Shown: positions 39,298 to 47,636 of the stretch, one piece after another
How positions within the stretch are numbered: the stretch's first letter is position 1
How the letters are laid out: each line of letters opens with the position of its first letter
DNA from: Parcubacteria group bacterium
GTDB taxonomy: Bacteria; Patescibacteriota; Minisyncoccia; UBA10092
Assembly (NCBI GenBank): GCA_016186325.1
Contig: JACPLW010000002.1
Span: forward strand, 1,485-65,484
Length of the DNA: 64,000 bases
Reading direction: 5' to 3'
Program-made: the position numbers and the translations under genes
Notes under the pieces: generated by a model
What the model was told of the DNA's origin: nothing
What the model saw: only the letters and a program-made list of their open reading frames with translations
The model's database searches: none

Positions 39298-39369
39298 CGC
39301 CCTCGAAGGGAATCGAACCCCTATCAACGCCTTAGAAGAGCGCTGCTCTGTCCATTGAGCTACGAGGGC
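39298..39369 (-). tRNA. tRNA-Arg(TCT)
   Basis: GCGCT-CTTCTAA-GGCGT. Confidence 0.9.
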
Positions 39370-39446
39370 AATAATTTAGAATAAACGTAAAATAACATAA
39401 AACGGGTTGAAATTCAACTAAAATTTTGCTATAATATTTAAAATAT

Positions 39447-39517
39447 CGGGGTATAGTGTAATGGCAGCACGAGTCTTTTGGGAAGATTTAGTCTCGGTTC
39501 GAATCCGAGTACCCCGA
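39447..39517 (+). tRNA. tRNA-Pro(TGG)
   Basis: CGGGGTA acceptor, AGTCT-TTTGGGA-AGATT. Confidence 0.92.
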
Positions 39518-39592
39518 CAGAGAAAAACTAAATTTTGGGCCTATAGTCTAGTGGTAGAACACGTCATTCGTCCCGATTTATTAAATTTTTAA

Positions 39593-39847
39593 ATGTTTTA
39601 TTGCTATATATTAAAATCGAGAATAAATGGTGCTTATTATGTAGGAAGTTGCCAAAGCATTGCTATAAGGCTTGACCAACATAATAAATTTTTAGTTCCT
39701 TCCACAAAAAGATATGTTCCATGGGATTTAGTCTATCAAGAAAAATTTGTTACATTAAAAGAAGCTAGAAACAAGGAACTAAAAATAAAGTCCTGGAAGA
39801 AAAGAAGTTCTATAGAAAAATTAGTTAAAACATTTCAAAATTTTTAA
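39593..39847 (+). CDS. small GIY-YIG nuclease
   Basis: YCYIL...YYVG...RLDQHN...EARNKELKIK. Confidence 0.9.
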   Translation: MFYCYILKSRINGAYYVGSCQSIAIRLDQHNKFLVPSTKRYVPWDLVYQEKFVTLKEARNKELKIKSWKKRSSIEKLVKTFQNF

Positions 39848-39884
39848 TAAATCGAGGATCCGCGATAACCTTGGTGGGCCCAGA

Positions 39885-39958
39885 GGGCCCATAGTTAAGT
39901 GGTATAACGGCGCATTCGCATTGCGTAAGCGGGAGTTCGATTCTCCCTGGGTCCACCA
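39885..39958 (+). tRNA. tRNA-Ala(CGC), nested, CCA encoded
   Basis: GGGCCCA/TGGGTCC acceptor, GCGCA-TTCGCAT-TGCGT. Confidence 0.9.
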
Positions 39959-40456
39959 AGGTTATCGGGACATTGACGAAACGGCGGTCCGATTCCGCCT
40001 AGGTCCACCAAACAGGAAATTGCAAGCAAGAGGGAGTCGCCTTGCCCGTCTCGCTCCCGCGCTCCGCGCGGAAAAATGGTGGCGCAATTCTTGAACAAGC
40101 CCTAAGAGGCTATTTTGTTTTCTAAGAAAACAAAATTCAAATAATGACAAGGTTTTGGGCATAATTATTGAGGTTTTAGGCCATATTTTTGATTATGCCC
40201 AAAACCTTGACAAACTGACGTAAATTTGCTATAATAAAGATATAAAAATTGATGTAGTTTTAGATCAATTTTTGCTCTTGTTCTTTGCAAATTTGCGAGC
40301 GAATCTCCTTGAGATTTTGAAATGAGCAGCGCATTGAGTGGCTGAAACACCACTTGTTGCGCTAACAGATATTTAATGCACTGCTTATAACGAGTTAGAC
40401 CTCGTCGTGGTCGTGTAGGACACACGATTCAAAATCGCAAACCAAAGGAGGAGCCG

Positions 40457-41133
40457 ATGGAAGTAGGAGTGCTGTTCTCAAGCGACGGCATTCTGGCGCT
40501 AAACAAACCGCCCGGGATGTGCAGTCAGGGACCCAAGACTTCGGATATCCCGGAGTTGTGGGAACTGCTACGAACACACCACCCTGGCGGTCATGTCGCT
40601 CATCGGATCGATCAGTACACATCTGGTATCAATCTAGCTGGTGCTTCAAAACGGCAGATCAGTTATCTGATGCGTAACTGGCACCAGATCACGCGAAAGA
40701 ACTACCTGTCTGTCTCATCAACAACCCGACGTGGAGCGAGAAGGTTGTGGACACGCCCCTCAAGGGTAAGTCCGCAATCACTGCGTTCACGGTGCTTGAG
40801 CGTTCTGGATCGTTGGCGTTGATTCAATGCCAGCTAGTCCAAAACGGGCGGACTCATCAAATCCGGCGACACCTGAAGTCGATCGGTGCACCGATCGTCG
40901 GAGACCGAAAGTACAAGGGTCCGACAACCAGGGTGCGGTCTGGTCAACTGCTTCATGCGTGGCGCATGGAGGTCAGACTGCCGGACGATTCTGGTAAGCC
41001 CGGCCCTTGGATTACCATTCAGGCGCCGATCCCCAACGATTTCAAGCAGATCAACTTCGATTGGAGTCGCTGGGATGCCAACGCCAACACAACGCTGGAG
41101 ATCTGGGCAGTTCCCTCCGGTTGGCGACACTAA
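40457..41133 (+). pseudogene. frameshifted RluA-family pseudouridine synthase
   Basis: LNKPPG and HRIDQYTSG in one frame; GRTHQIRRHL and PIVGDRKY in another; shift near 40705-40716. Confidence 0.8.
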
Positions 41134-41301
41134 CTCGCCCCTCTCAACTCAAAAGGCCCCCGTGGTAGCAACATCACCACGCGGGGCCTTTTTCATTTTT
41201 ACAAAGAACTTTTGATAGCAGAAAAATAATTTTTCTGCTATCATCTAAAAGAAAATTTTTCATAAGATTTGATACAACGAACAGCAGAAATGCTGATTTT
41301 T

Positions 41302-41334
41302 TGTTTCACGTGAAACATTGTTTGACGTGAAACA
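41302..41334. promoter_or_regulatory. two tandem parS sites
   Basis: TGTTTCACGTGAAACA (perfect) and TGTTTGACGTGAAACA. Confidence 0.85.
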
Positions 41335-41389
41335 ATGTAATTGTTAATCTTCAACTCAAAGAAATTGGACTTTAAAATTGGGGGAAAAC

Positions 41390-42001
41390 ATGAATAGCAA
41401 TTGTGTTTTCTGCGACCGAACCAAGATTGAGGAGCGTATTATTGCCGAAACGGAAGATTGGTACTTAATAGCTACCATTGGCCAAATAACAGAAGGCGGC
41501 TATGTTCTCATAATCCCCAAGCGGCATGTACCTTGCGCCGGAGCGATGAAAGAGCAAGAGATTGTTAAAATGGACGACATATCGCGCATTGCAAGCGATT
41601 ACACAGAGGTAGAGTACGGCGTAAGACCTATCATCTTTGAACATGGCATTGTGGGCCAGACGATTCAACATGCCCATCTTCATCTTTTACCCGCCCGGAT
41701 TCGCATGTGCGGCAGAATCTATCGGGATTTTCCCAACGCGCAGATCTGCTTCTTAGATTCGCTCAAACTGCTTCGATGGACTTATGATGCAATGGGAGGA
41801 AAAAAGTATCTCCTTTGGAGCACCCCGGAAAACCTGTTGAAGACCGTTATTGATCCGCCAGCGCCGTTGCAATATTTACGGCTAATTGCAGCCGAACTTG
41901 TTGGCCATCCGGAGCGCGCAAATTGGCGCGATTGTGATCCTGAAACCGACAAAAAACTGTGGCAGGAGACCGTTAGCCGCCTTAAGCCATATTTTTCATG
42001 A
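41390..42001 (+). CDS. HIT-family hydrolase
   Basis: CVFC, IIPKRH, GQTIQHAHLH. Confidence 0.85.
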   Translation: MNSNCVFCDRTKIEERIIAETEDWYLIATIGQITEGGYVLIIPKRHVPCAGAMKEQEIVKMDDISRIASDYTEVEYGVRPIIFEHGIVGQTIQHAHLHLLPARIRMCGRIYRDFPNAQICFLDSLKLLRWTYDAMGGKKYLLWSTPENLLKTVIDPPAPLQYLRLIAAELVGHPERANWRDCDPETDKKLWQETVSRLKPYFS

Positions 42002-42031
42002 ATTTTAAAAAAATAACCCGAATAGCAAGCG

Positions 42032-42850
42032 CTATTCTGGGTTTTTTAATTTTTTATTCCTTAATAACAGGCGTATTTTGTACATTTTATCTTCATATTC
42101 CGCTTGAAAAACCTCATGAAGATAAAATCCTAAAGAAACAAGTTGAATTATCAGAAGAATAATACCTGTATAAAGGTAAAAATTGTTTTTCCATATTATG
42201 CCGGCTAAATAGAAAATCATGCTGAAAGCGGTAAGACCGGTGTGAAACCGCGCCCCGATCGTCGTTACTAAGTCATTTAGCAGAAATTCTTGCATAAACT
42301 CAAAATACAGCTGATCCCGCCTTTCGCGACGCTTTTCTCGCTGATAAAGCCACGTACCCAGCAAAATCAAAAACATACATGTTGCAGTGACTAGTAGAAT
42401 CGTGTTCATAATAAATAATGCCGGCCATCCAAACGATTTTGTCGCGTAAATGCTTAAAAATATCATCCATAAGATAAGTAAAAAATCTCTGGTATGATCC
42501 AAGAGAGTCCCCAAAGCTGTAACTTCATTGTTATTTCTCGCGACTGGGCCGTCTAAAAGATCGGTAATCCACGCAAAAGCTAAAAGCCATACTTGACGCC
42601 CAACATCATCCCCAAAATAAAACAGATCAAAAATCGCCCAAATAAGAACAACGAATCCCACCACGGTTAAATGATTTGCTCTTATTCCTATGGCTGCAAA
42701 AATATCGGTTATTTTTGTCCGCTTAAAGAACCGGTCGCGCCACTTTTTCTCAAGCGGTGTCCAATATCCCTCCTTCGTTAAAGCTTCCGCTGACGCCAAG
42801 GCTTTGGCGGACAAGTCGGCGGGCAAGCTCTCTTTTTCCTCTTCGGCCAT
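42032..42850 (-). CDS. CDP-alcohol phosphatidyltransferase
   Basis: DLLDGPVAR...GTLLDHTRD. Confidence 0.88.
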   Translation of the reverse strand: MAEEEKESLPADLSAKALASAEALTKEGYWTPLEKKWRDRFFKRTKITDIFAAIGIRANHLTVVGFVVLIWAIFDLFYFGDDVGRQVWLLAFAWITDLLDGPVARNNNEVTALGTLLDHTRDFLLILWMIFLSIYATKSFGWPALFIMNTILLVTATCMFLILLGTWLYQREKRRERRDQLYFEFMQEFLLNDLVTTIGARFHTGLTAFSMIFYLAGIIWKNNFYLYTGIILLIIQLVSLGFYLHEVFQAEYEDKMYKIRLLLRNKKLKNPE

Positions 42851-42962
42851 TATTGTCCCTCCAAGTTTTTAAGGGTCTGATTTTTAATAAAAGAGTAAAC
42901 GAAATGTGAAAAAAAATCAATCTGCCAGCTGGTAAATTGATTTTTTTTCACCACAAATGATA

Positions 42963-43002
42963 TGTTTCACGTGTAACATTTGATAATGTTACACGTGAAA
43001 CA
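42963..43002. promoter_or_regulatory. two parS sites
   Basis: TGTTTCACGTGTAACA and TGTTACACGTGAAACA. Confidence 0.82.
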
Positions 43003-43407
43003 ATGACCACCGAGAAACAAAACATAGGAAGATTAGGTGAAGATATTGCCGTAAAATACCTTGAAAACAAAGGTTATAGCATTTTAACTCGCAATTATCG
43101 CAAGCCATGGGGCGAAATTGACGTAATCGCATCGGAAAACGTTGGTAAAAACCAGTTCTTGGCTCTAAAGAGCCAAGAACTGGTTTTTTTTGAAGTCAAA
43201 ACCCAAAACCAAAGATTTGAATGGCGGCCGGAAGAAAATATAACAAGACATAAAAAACACCAATTATCAAGAATTGTCGCAACTTACATGAAAGAACATG
43301 AAATTTCAGAAAGTCAAGATTGGAGAATTGACGTTTTGGCAATAAAACTAGACTTTGAAACAAAAAATGCTCAAATTGAGCACATCAAAAACATTGCTCT
43401 AAATTAA
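43003..43407 (+). CDS. yraN: YraN-family endonuclease
   Basis: GRLGEDIA, RNYR..GEIDVI, FFEVKT. Confidence 0.88.
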   Translation: MTTEKQNIGRLGEDIAVKYLENKGYSILTRNYRKPWGEIDVIASENVGKNQFLALKSQELVFFEVKTQNQRFEWRPEENITRHKKHQLSRIVATYMKEHEISESQDWRIDVLAIKLDFETKNAQIEHIKNIALN

Positions 43408-43590
43408 ATCCACTTATCCCCAACTTACCCACCCCTCCGCCCAGAAATTGGGCGAGGCTTGCCCTGCAACTGCGGGATGGCAAAACTATTGATGTCGGAC
43501 ATCAATAGTGGGTGTTGACAGCAAAGTTTAAAGTTATATGCTATGAGCATAAACAGAACTTTAAAATTTTAAGAGAGAAGGGTCTCTGAA

Positions 43591-44826
43591 ATGGGAAAGA
43601 AAACGCAACGTTTAGTTGAATTAGCCCATAAGCACTTGCCCAGAAATTACGCTCCACCGGATGATCTTGTTTTAAGAAGAGGACATGGCTGTTATCTTGA
43701 AGACGTTAATGGTAATACCTACCTTGATATGCTTTCTTGCTATTCTGCCGCAAACTCCGGTTACGGCAATAAATCGGCAAATACGGCAATATTACGGCAA
43801 ATTGCCAAAGGTATTTTGTGCAACGCCAATTGTTTCTGGGAAGAGCAGAAAATTCTTTTTGCCCATGACTTGGCCAAATTCTGCAACGATTTTGGCTTAA
43901 ACGGACTTGATGTAGTTTTACCTATGAATAGCGGCGCCGAAGCGGTTGAAACGGCTATAAAAATAGCGCGTAAATGGCGTTACTGTTATTTAGCAAAAGG
44001 TATTGCCTATGACACAGCAGAAATTATTTGCTGCGAAAACAACTTTCATGGCAGAACTCTCGGCGCTATTAGCATGTCAACAGTAGATCAATATAAAAAA
44101 TACTTTGGTCCGCTAATCCCAGGCATAAAAATCGTTCCTTTCGGTAATGTAGACGCTTTAAAAAAGACAATTAATAACAATACAGCCGCATTTTTAGTTG
44201 AACCGATACAAGGCGAGGGCGGAGTTATTATCCCGCCCAATGACTACCTTTCCGAAGTAAGGAAAATTTGCGATGAACAAAATGTTTTATTTATTTTGGA
44301 TGAAATCCAGAGCGGTTTTGGCCGAACCGGTAGAATGTTTGCCTGCAACTACGATAATGTTGTTCCGGATATGATAATTTTGGGCAAGGCCTTGGGCGGC
44401 GGACTTCCGATTTCCGCGGTTGTCGGCAAAGAAGAGATAATGGATGTTCTTGATCCGGGAGATCACGGTTCTACATTTGGCGGCAATCCTTTGGCTTGCG
44501 CCGCGGCGCGGGCCTCGCTAAGTTTTATGCGGCGCCGTCGGCCGGATAGGCGAGCGGCTGAATTAGGGTTTTACTTTAAAAATAAGCTTAACAAGGTGGC
44601 GGCGCAAAGTCCGCACATTAAAGAAATAAGAGCACTTGGTCTTTGGATTGGCATTGAAGTTCACCATAGCGGCCCAACGGCTCATGAATTTTGCAAAGAG
44701 CTTTATAAAGAGAAAATACTCTGCAAAGAAACTAGAGAATATACCATTCGCATGAGCCCGCCCCTTACAATCACTAGAAAAGAGCTTGATTTTGCGCTTT
44801 CAAAAATCCAAAAAGTTTTTACATAA
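43591..44826 (+). CDS. rocD: ornithine aminotransferase (class III)
   Basis: MNSGAEAVETAIK, FHGRT, EPIQGEGG, DEIQSG, GKALGGG, HGSTFGGNPL. Confidence 0.88.
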   Translation: MGKKTQRLVELAHKHLPRNYAPPDDLVLRRGHGCYLEDVNGNTYLDMLSCYSAANSGYGNKSANTAILRQIAKGILCNANCFWEEQKILFAHDLAKFCNDFGLNGLDVVLPMNSGAEAVETAIKIARKWRYCYLAKGIAYDTAEIICCENNFHGRTLGAISMSTVDQYKKYFGPLIPGIKIVPFGNVDALKKTINNNTAAFLVEPIQGEGGVIIPPNDYLSEVRKICDEQNVLFILDEIQSGFGRTGRMFACNYDNVVPDMIILGKALGGGLPISAVVGKEEIMDVLDPGDHGSTFGGNPLACAAARASLSFMRRRRPDRRAAELGFYFKNKLNKVAAQSPHIKEIRALGLWIGIEVHHSGPTAHEFCKELYKEKILCKETREYTIRMSPPLTITRKELDFALSKIQKVFT

Positions 44827-44880
44827 TAAATTTTACCTCCATTGCATTTGGAGGTTTTATTATGTAAATTTATAGCCATA

Positions 44881-44953
44881 GGGCGACTAGCTCAATCGGC
44901 AGAGCGTCTCGTTTACACCGAGAAGGCAATAGGTTCGAATCCTATGTCGCCCA
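44881..44953 (+). tRNA. tRNA-Val(TAC)
   Basis: TCTCG-TTTACAC-CGAGA. Confidence 0.92.
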
Positions 44954-45054
44954 TAATTTAGCAAAGTGGGCCAAAGCCAAATGTTTGGCTTTGGCGGGAA
45001 TTTTAGTGAGCTTTAGCGAGCGTTAAAAAATTCCCCGGAAGAGCGACTCGTTTA

Positions 45055-45209
45055 TTCCCGATTTGTCTAAAAATTCAAGTTCTTGTAGAATTTTTAGCAA
45101 CAAATCGCAATCCCGCTTAAAGTGGGCGCATAGCTCAGCTGGTTAGAGCGTCGCATTTACACTGCGAAGGCCCTCCGTTCGAATCGGAGTGCGCCCACTT
45201 TGTGCGGGA
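45055..45209 (+). mobile_element. 155-bp anticodon insertion (TTCCCGA...GCGGGA) carrying a tRNA-Val(TAC), no ORF
   Basis: Same position and similar termini as the Ala insert. Confidence 0.72.
45124..45197 (+). tRNA. tRNA-Val(TAC), nested
   Basis: GGGCGCA/TGCGCCC acceptor, TCGCA-TTTACAC-TGCGA. Confidence 0.9.
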
Positions 45210-45339
45210 CACCGAGTAGGTCCGAGGTTCAATCCCTCGAACGCCCATCAAAATTTGATATTTGACACAACAAAAATAAGAAGTTATAATAGAAAAATTA
45301 GATCCGATAGCTCTTTTCAAATGTAAATGAGGGAACTAA

Positions 45340-45642
45340 ATGGCGACATCTGTTGGTAAAGCGGCCTCTAGAAAATCTGACAACTCCGAGCTTGTAAAAG
45401 CTCAGAAGAAAATAAAAAAATTAGAGGGTCTTTTGGCGATAGAACTTGAAAGAGCCGCCGAACTTCTGAAAGAAAACACGGAGCTTGAATCAAAGTTAGA
45501 AGAAACTCGTAAACAGCGTGATTGCTGGCAAAAACTTTACAGAGAGATAAATCCGGACAAAAAGATTGACTGTAATCGGCAGAATGCCCTAATTGTGAGG
45601 GGTGAAATAGATATGAGCGAAGTATTGGGACAGGAAAAATAA
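45340..45642 (+). CDS. coiled-coil hypothetical protein
   Basis: TTGACA..TATAAT promoter and GAGGG RBS upstream. Confidence 0.6.
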   Translation: MATSVGKAASRKSDNSELVKAQKKIKKLEGLLAIELERAAELLKENTELESKLEETRKQRDCWQKLYREINPDKKIDCNRQNALIVRGEIDMSEVLGQEK

Positions 45643-45699
45643 AAAGATTAAAAGTCCCAGTATTACACTCCGTGAGACAAGCGTTGTCTTATGGGGTTT

Positions 45700-46596
45700 T
45701 TATTTTCTCTGTTTTCCGTGAAAAGCGTTGTGGACTTCTCTTAATTTTTTATCGGTTATGTGGGTGTAAATTTGAGTCGTGGTTATATTTGAGTGTCCCA
45801 AAAGTTCCTGAACCGAGCGGATATCGGCGCCATTCATTAAAAGATCTGTGGCAAACGAGTGGCGCAAAGTATGGGGCGTGACTTTTTTTGAAAGCCCGGC
45901 TTTAGCCGCATAATGCTTCATCAACCGTTCAACACTTCGGCTTGTCAACCGCAGATTATCGGTCTTGGCCGGATTTTTTGTTTGCCTGATGAAAAGTGCC
46001 TCGTCAACGTCCTCTCGTCTTTCCAAATAGTTTTTTAGCGCTTCTTTGGCGGTATCGGAGATGAAAACCAGGCGGACTTTATCTCCTTTGCCGCGCACCG
46101 AAAACTCGCCGGATTTAAGGTTGACCGAATCGCGGTTTAAATTGCAAAGTTCAGAAACCCGCAGTCCGGTGGAAAATAATAGTTCCAAGATAGCTTTATC
46201 ACGAGCGTTGGTTGGAGATGTTAGTAGGCGCTCAATTTCGTTCCCTTCAAGGAAAGATACCTGCCTCTCCGATTGTTTCCCCAGCTCAATTTTGTCGGCC
46301 GGCATAACCTTGAAATCCCGCCGTGCCAGATATTTTAAAAAATTCCTAAGCCCTATTAAATAATAATTCTGGGTGATCTTTTTAAGCCCTCTTCCGTCCT
46401 GATTTGCCTGCCGGTTCAGCCAAAGACGGTATTGCCTGACCATTTCCGGTGTGATTTGTTCCGGTTTTAAAACCTTAGAAAACTCAAAGAATTTTTTTAA
46501 ATACCGTTCGTAATTCACCCGCGTTTTAATTGACCGGTTTTTTTCTATTTCCAGATAATCCAAATAGTCTTTTAGCAATTCGCCTATGTTTGTCAT
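45700..46596 (-). CDS. XerC/XerD-family tyrosine recombinase
   Basis: TGLRVSEL, GKGDK, HTLRHSFAT, LLGH, TTQIYT. Confidence 0.93.
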   Translation of the reverse strand: MTNIGELLKDYLDYLEIEKNRSIKTRVNYERYLKKFFEFSKVLKPEQITPEMVRQYRLWLNRQANQDGRGLKKITQNYYLIGLRNFLKYLARRDFKVMPADKIELGKQSERQVSFLEGNEIERLLTSPTNARDKAILELLFSTGLRVSELCNLNRDSVNLKSGEFSVRGKGDKVRLVFISDTAKEALKNYLERREDVDEALFIRQTKNPAKTDNLRLTSRSVERLMKHYAAKAGLSKKVTPHTLRHSFATDLLMNGADIRSVQELLGHSNITTTQIYTHITDKKLREVHNAFHGKQRK

Positions 46597-46638
46597 TATT
46601 TTGATAATAAAATATTTTCCGACATTCTACAACGACAG

Positions 46639-46682
46639 AAAAATGTAGCTCCTCCGGCGATCGCCGGAGGAGCTACATTTTT
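46639..46682. repeat. 44-bp perfect palindrome
   Basis: AAAAATGTAGCTCCTCCGGCGA|TCGCCGGAGGAGCTACATTTTT. Confidence 0.85.
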
Positions 46683-46726
46683 ATAATCTTTACTAGACTA
46701 GAATTATATGATATTATCTTCATACG

Positions 46727-46993
46727 ATGCTAAAAACCAAGGAAAAGTCAAAAATTATTGAGAAACATAAGATTCATCCGACCGATACCGGTTCGACTGA
46801 TGTCCAGATTGCCATTTTAAGCGAAGAAATCGAAAGATTGGCAAAACACCTCAAAAAACACGCCAAAGACAACCACTCGCGGCGCGGGCTTTTGGGAATG
46901 GTTTCCCAAAGAAAACAGCTTTTGAGCTACCTGCAGAAAACCAACGAAAAAAGATATAACACTTTGGTTAAAAAGGTGGGATTAAAAAAGTAA
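46727..46993 (+). CDS. rpsO: 30S ribosomal protein S15
   Basis: DTGSTDVQIA, KDNHSRRGL. Confidence 0.96.
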   Translation: MLKTKEKSKIIEKHKIHPTDTGSTDVQIAILSEEIERLAKHLKKHAKDNHSRRGLLGMVSQRKQLLSYLQKTNEKRYNTLVKKVGLKK

Positions 46994-47533
46994 ATGCCAA
47001 TAATAAAACATAAAGACCAGCGTGTCGCGATTTTAATAGATGTCCAAAACCTTTACCACTCGGCAAAAAACATTTACAATGGCCGGGTAAATTTTTCCAA
47101 AGTTCTGGAAGCAGCTTTGGCGGGCCGAAAGTTGGTTCGCGCCTTGGCTTACGTGATAAAAACCGAAACTGGGGAAGAATCGGCGTTTTTTGAAGCATTA
47201 ACCAAAATGGGGATTGAAACAAAGATAAAAGATCTTCAAATTTTCCCCGGCGGCATGAAAAAAGGCGACTGGGATGTGGGAATGGCGGTAGACGCGATTC
47301 GACTTAGCGAATTCACGATAGATTCAATAGTACTTGGTACCGGCGATGGCGACTTTGTCCCGCTGGTTGACTATCTAAGAGGAAGGGGCCGTCAAGTGGA
47401 GGTTATTGCTTTTGGCAGATCTACTTCGGCAAAGCTAAGAGAGGCGGCGGATGATTTTATCGACATGTCGGCCGACCCAAGAAAGTTCACAATCCCAATA
47501 AAGAAATCCAAACGGAAACCAATGAAAAAATAA
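46994..47533 (+). CDS. NYN-domain (LabA-like) protein
   Basis: IDVQNL, KGDWDV, GDGDFVP. Confidence 0.9.
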   Translation: MPIIKHKDQRVAILIDVQNLYHSAKNIYNGRVNFSKVLEAALAGRKLVRALAYVIKTETGEESAFFEALTKMGIETKIKDLQIFPGGMKKGDWDVGMAVDAIRLSEFTIDSIVLGTGDGDFVPLVDYLRGRGRQVEVIAFGRSTSAKLREAADDFIDMSADPRKFTIPIKKSKRKPMKK

Positions 47534-47636
47534 TTAAAAAAATTAAATAAAATAATAATTAATGGTTCGTCTGTGGATAGGTAGTTCAGGACCTTTAGGT
47601 GCTGACCTAAAATCTATAGACGGACCTGCAAAAAAT

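Larger units (their letters stand above)
39571..39970 (+). mobile_element. 400-bp anticodon insertion with TCCCGA...TCGGGA ends, carrying a GIY-YIG gene and a tRNA-Ala(CGC)
   Basis: Boundaries defined by reconstitution of the host tRNA; inverted termini. Confidence 0.75.
39537..40010 (+). tRNA. split tRNA-Ala(CGC): halves 39537-39570 and 39971-40010
   Basis: Joining gives GGGCCTA...CGTCA-TTCG|CAT-TGACG...TAGGTCC-A-CCA with G3.U70. Confidence 0.82.
45037..45247 (+). pseudogene. split tRNA-Val(TAC): 45037-45054 and 45210-45247; 5' acceptor strand disrupted
   Basis: GAGC-G-ACTCG-TTTA|CAC-CGAGT-AGGTC-CGAGG-TTCAATC-CCTCG-AACGCCC-A. Confidence 0.75.

Noticed and set aside
39571-39970. Group I or group II intron interpretation of the tRNA inserts
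   Set aside because: The junctions lack U|...G| or GUGYG...AY, and little sequence remains for a catalytic core once the ORF and inner tRNA are subtracted. Not excluded without an Infernal search.
39895-40425. Short minus-strand ORFs sharing QGDSL, as a possible recombinase relic
   Set aside because: The similarity is too short and the ORFs are largely antisense to tRNAs and palindromes.
45700-46596. Prophage or island integrase near the tRNA-Val cluster
   Set aside because: It looks like housekeeping XerC/D next to rpsO; no att duplication or phage genes were seen.
47562-47636. N-terminal extensions of PNPase and of AhpC (28320-28484) in the ORF track
   Set aside because: They translate hairpin/terminator DNA or overlap the neighbouring gene; downstream ATGs fit the family lengths.
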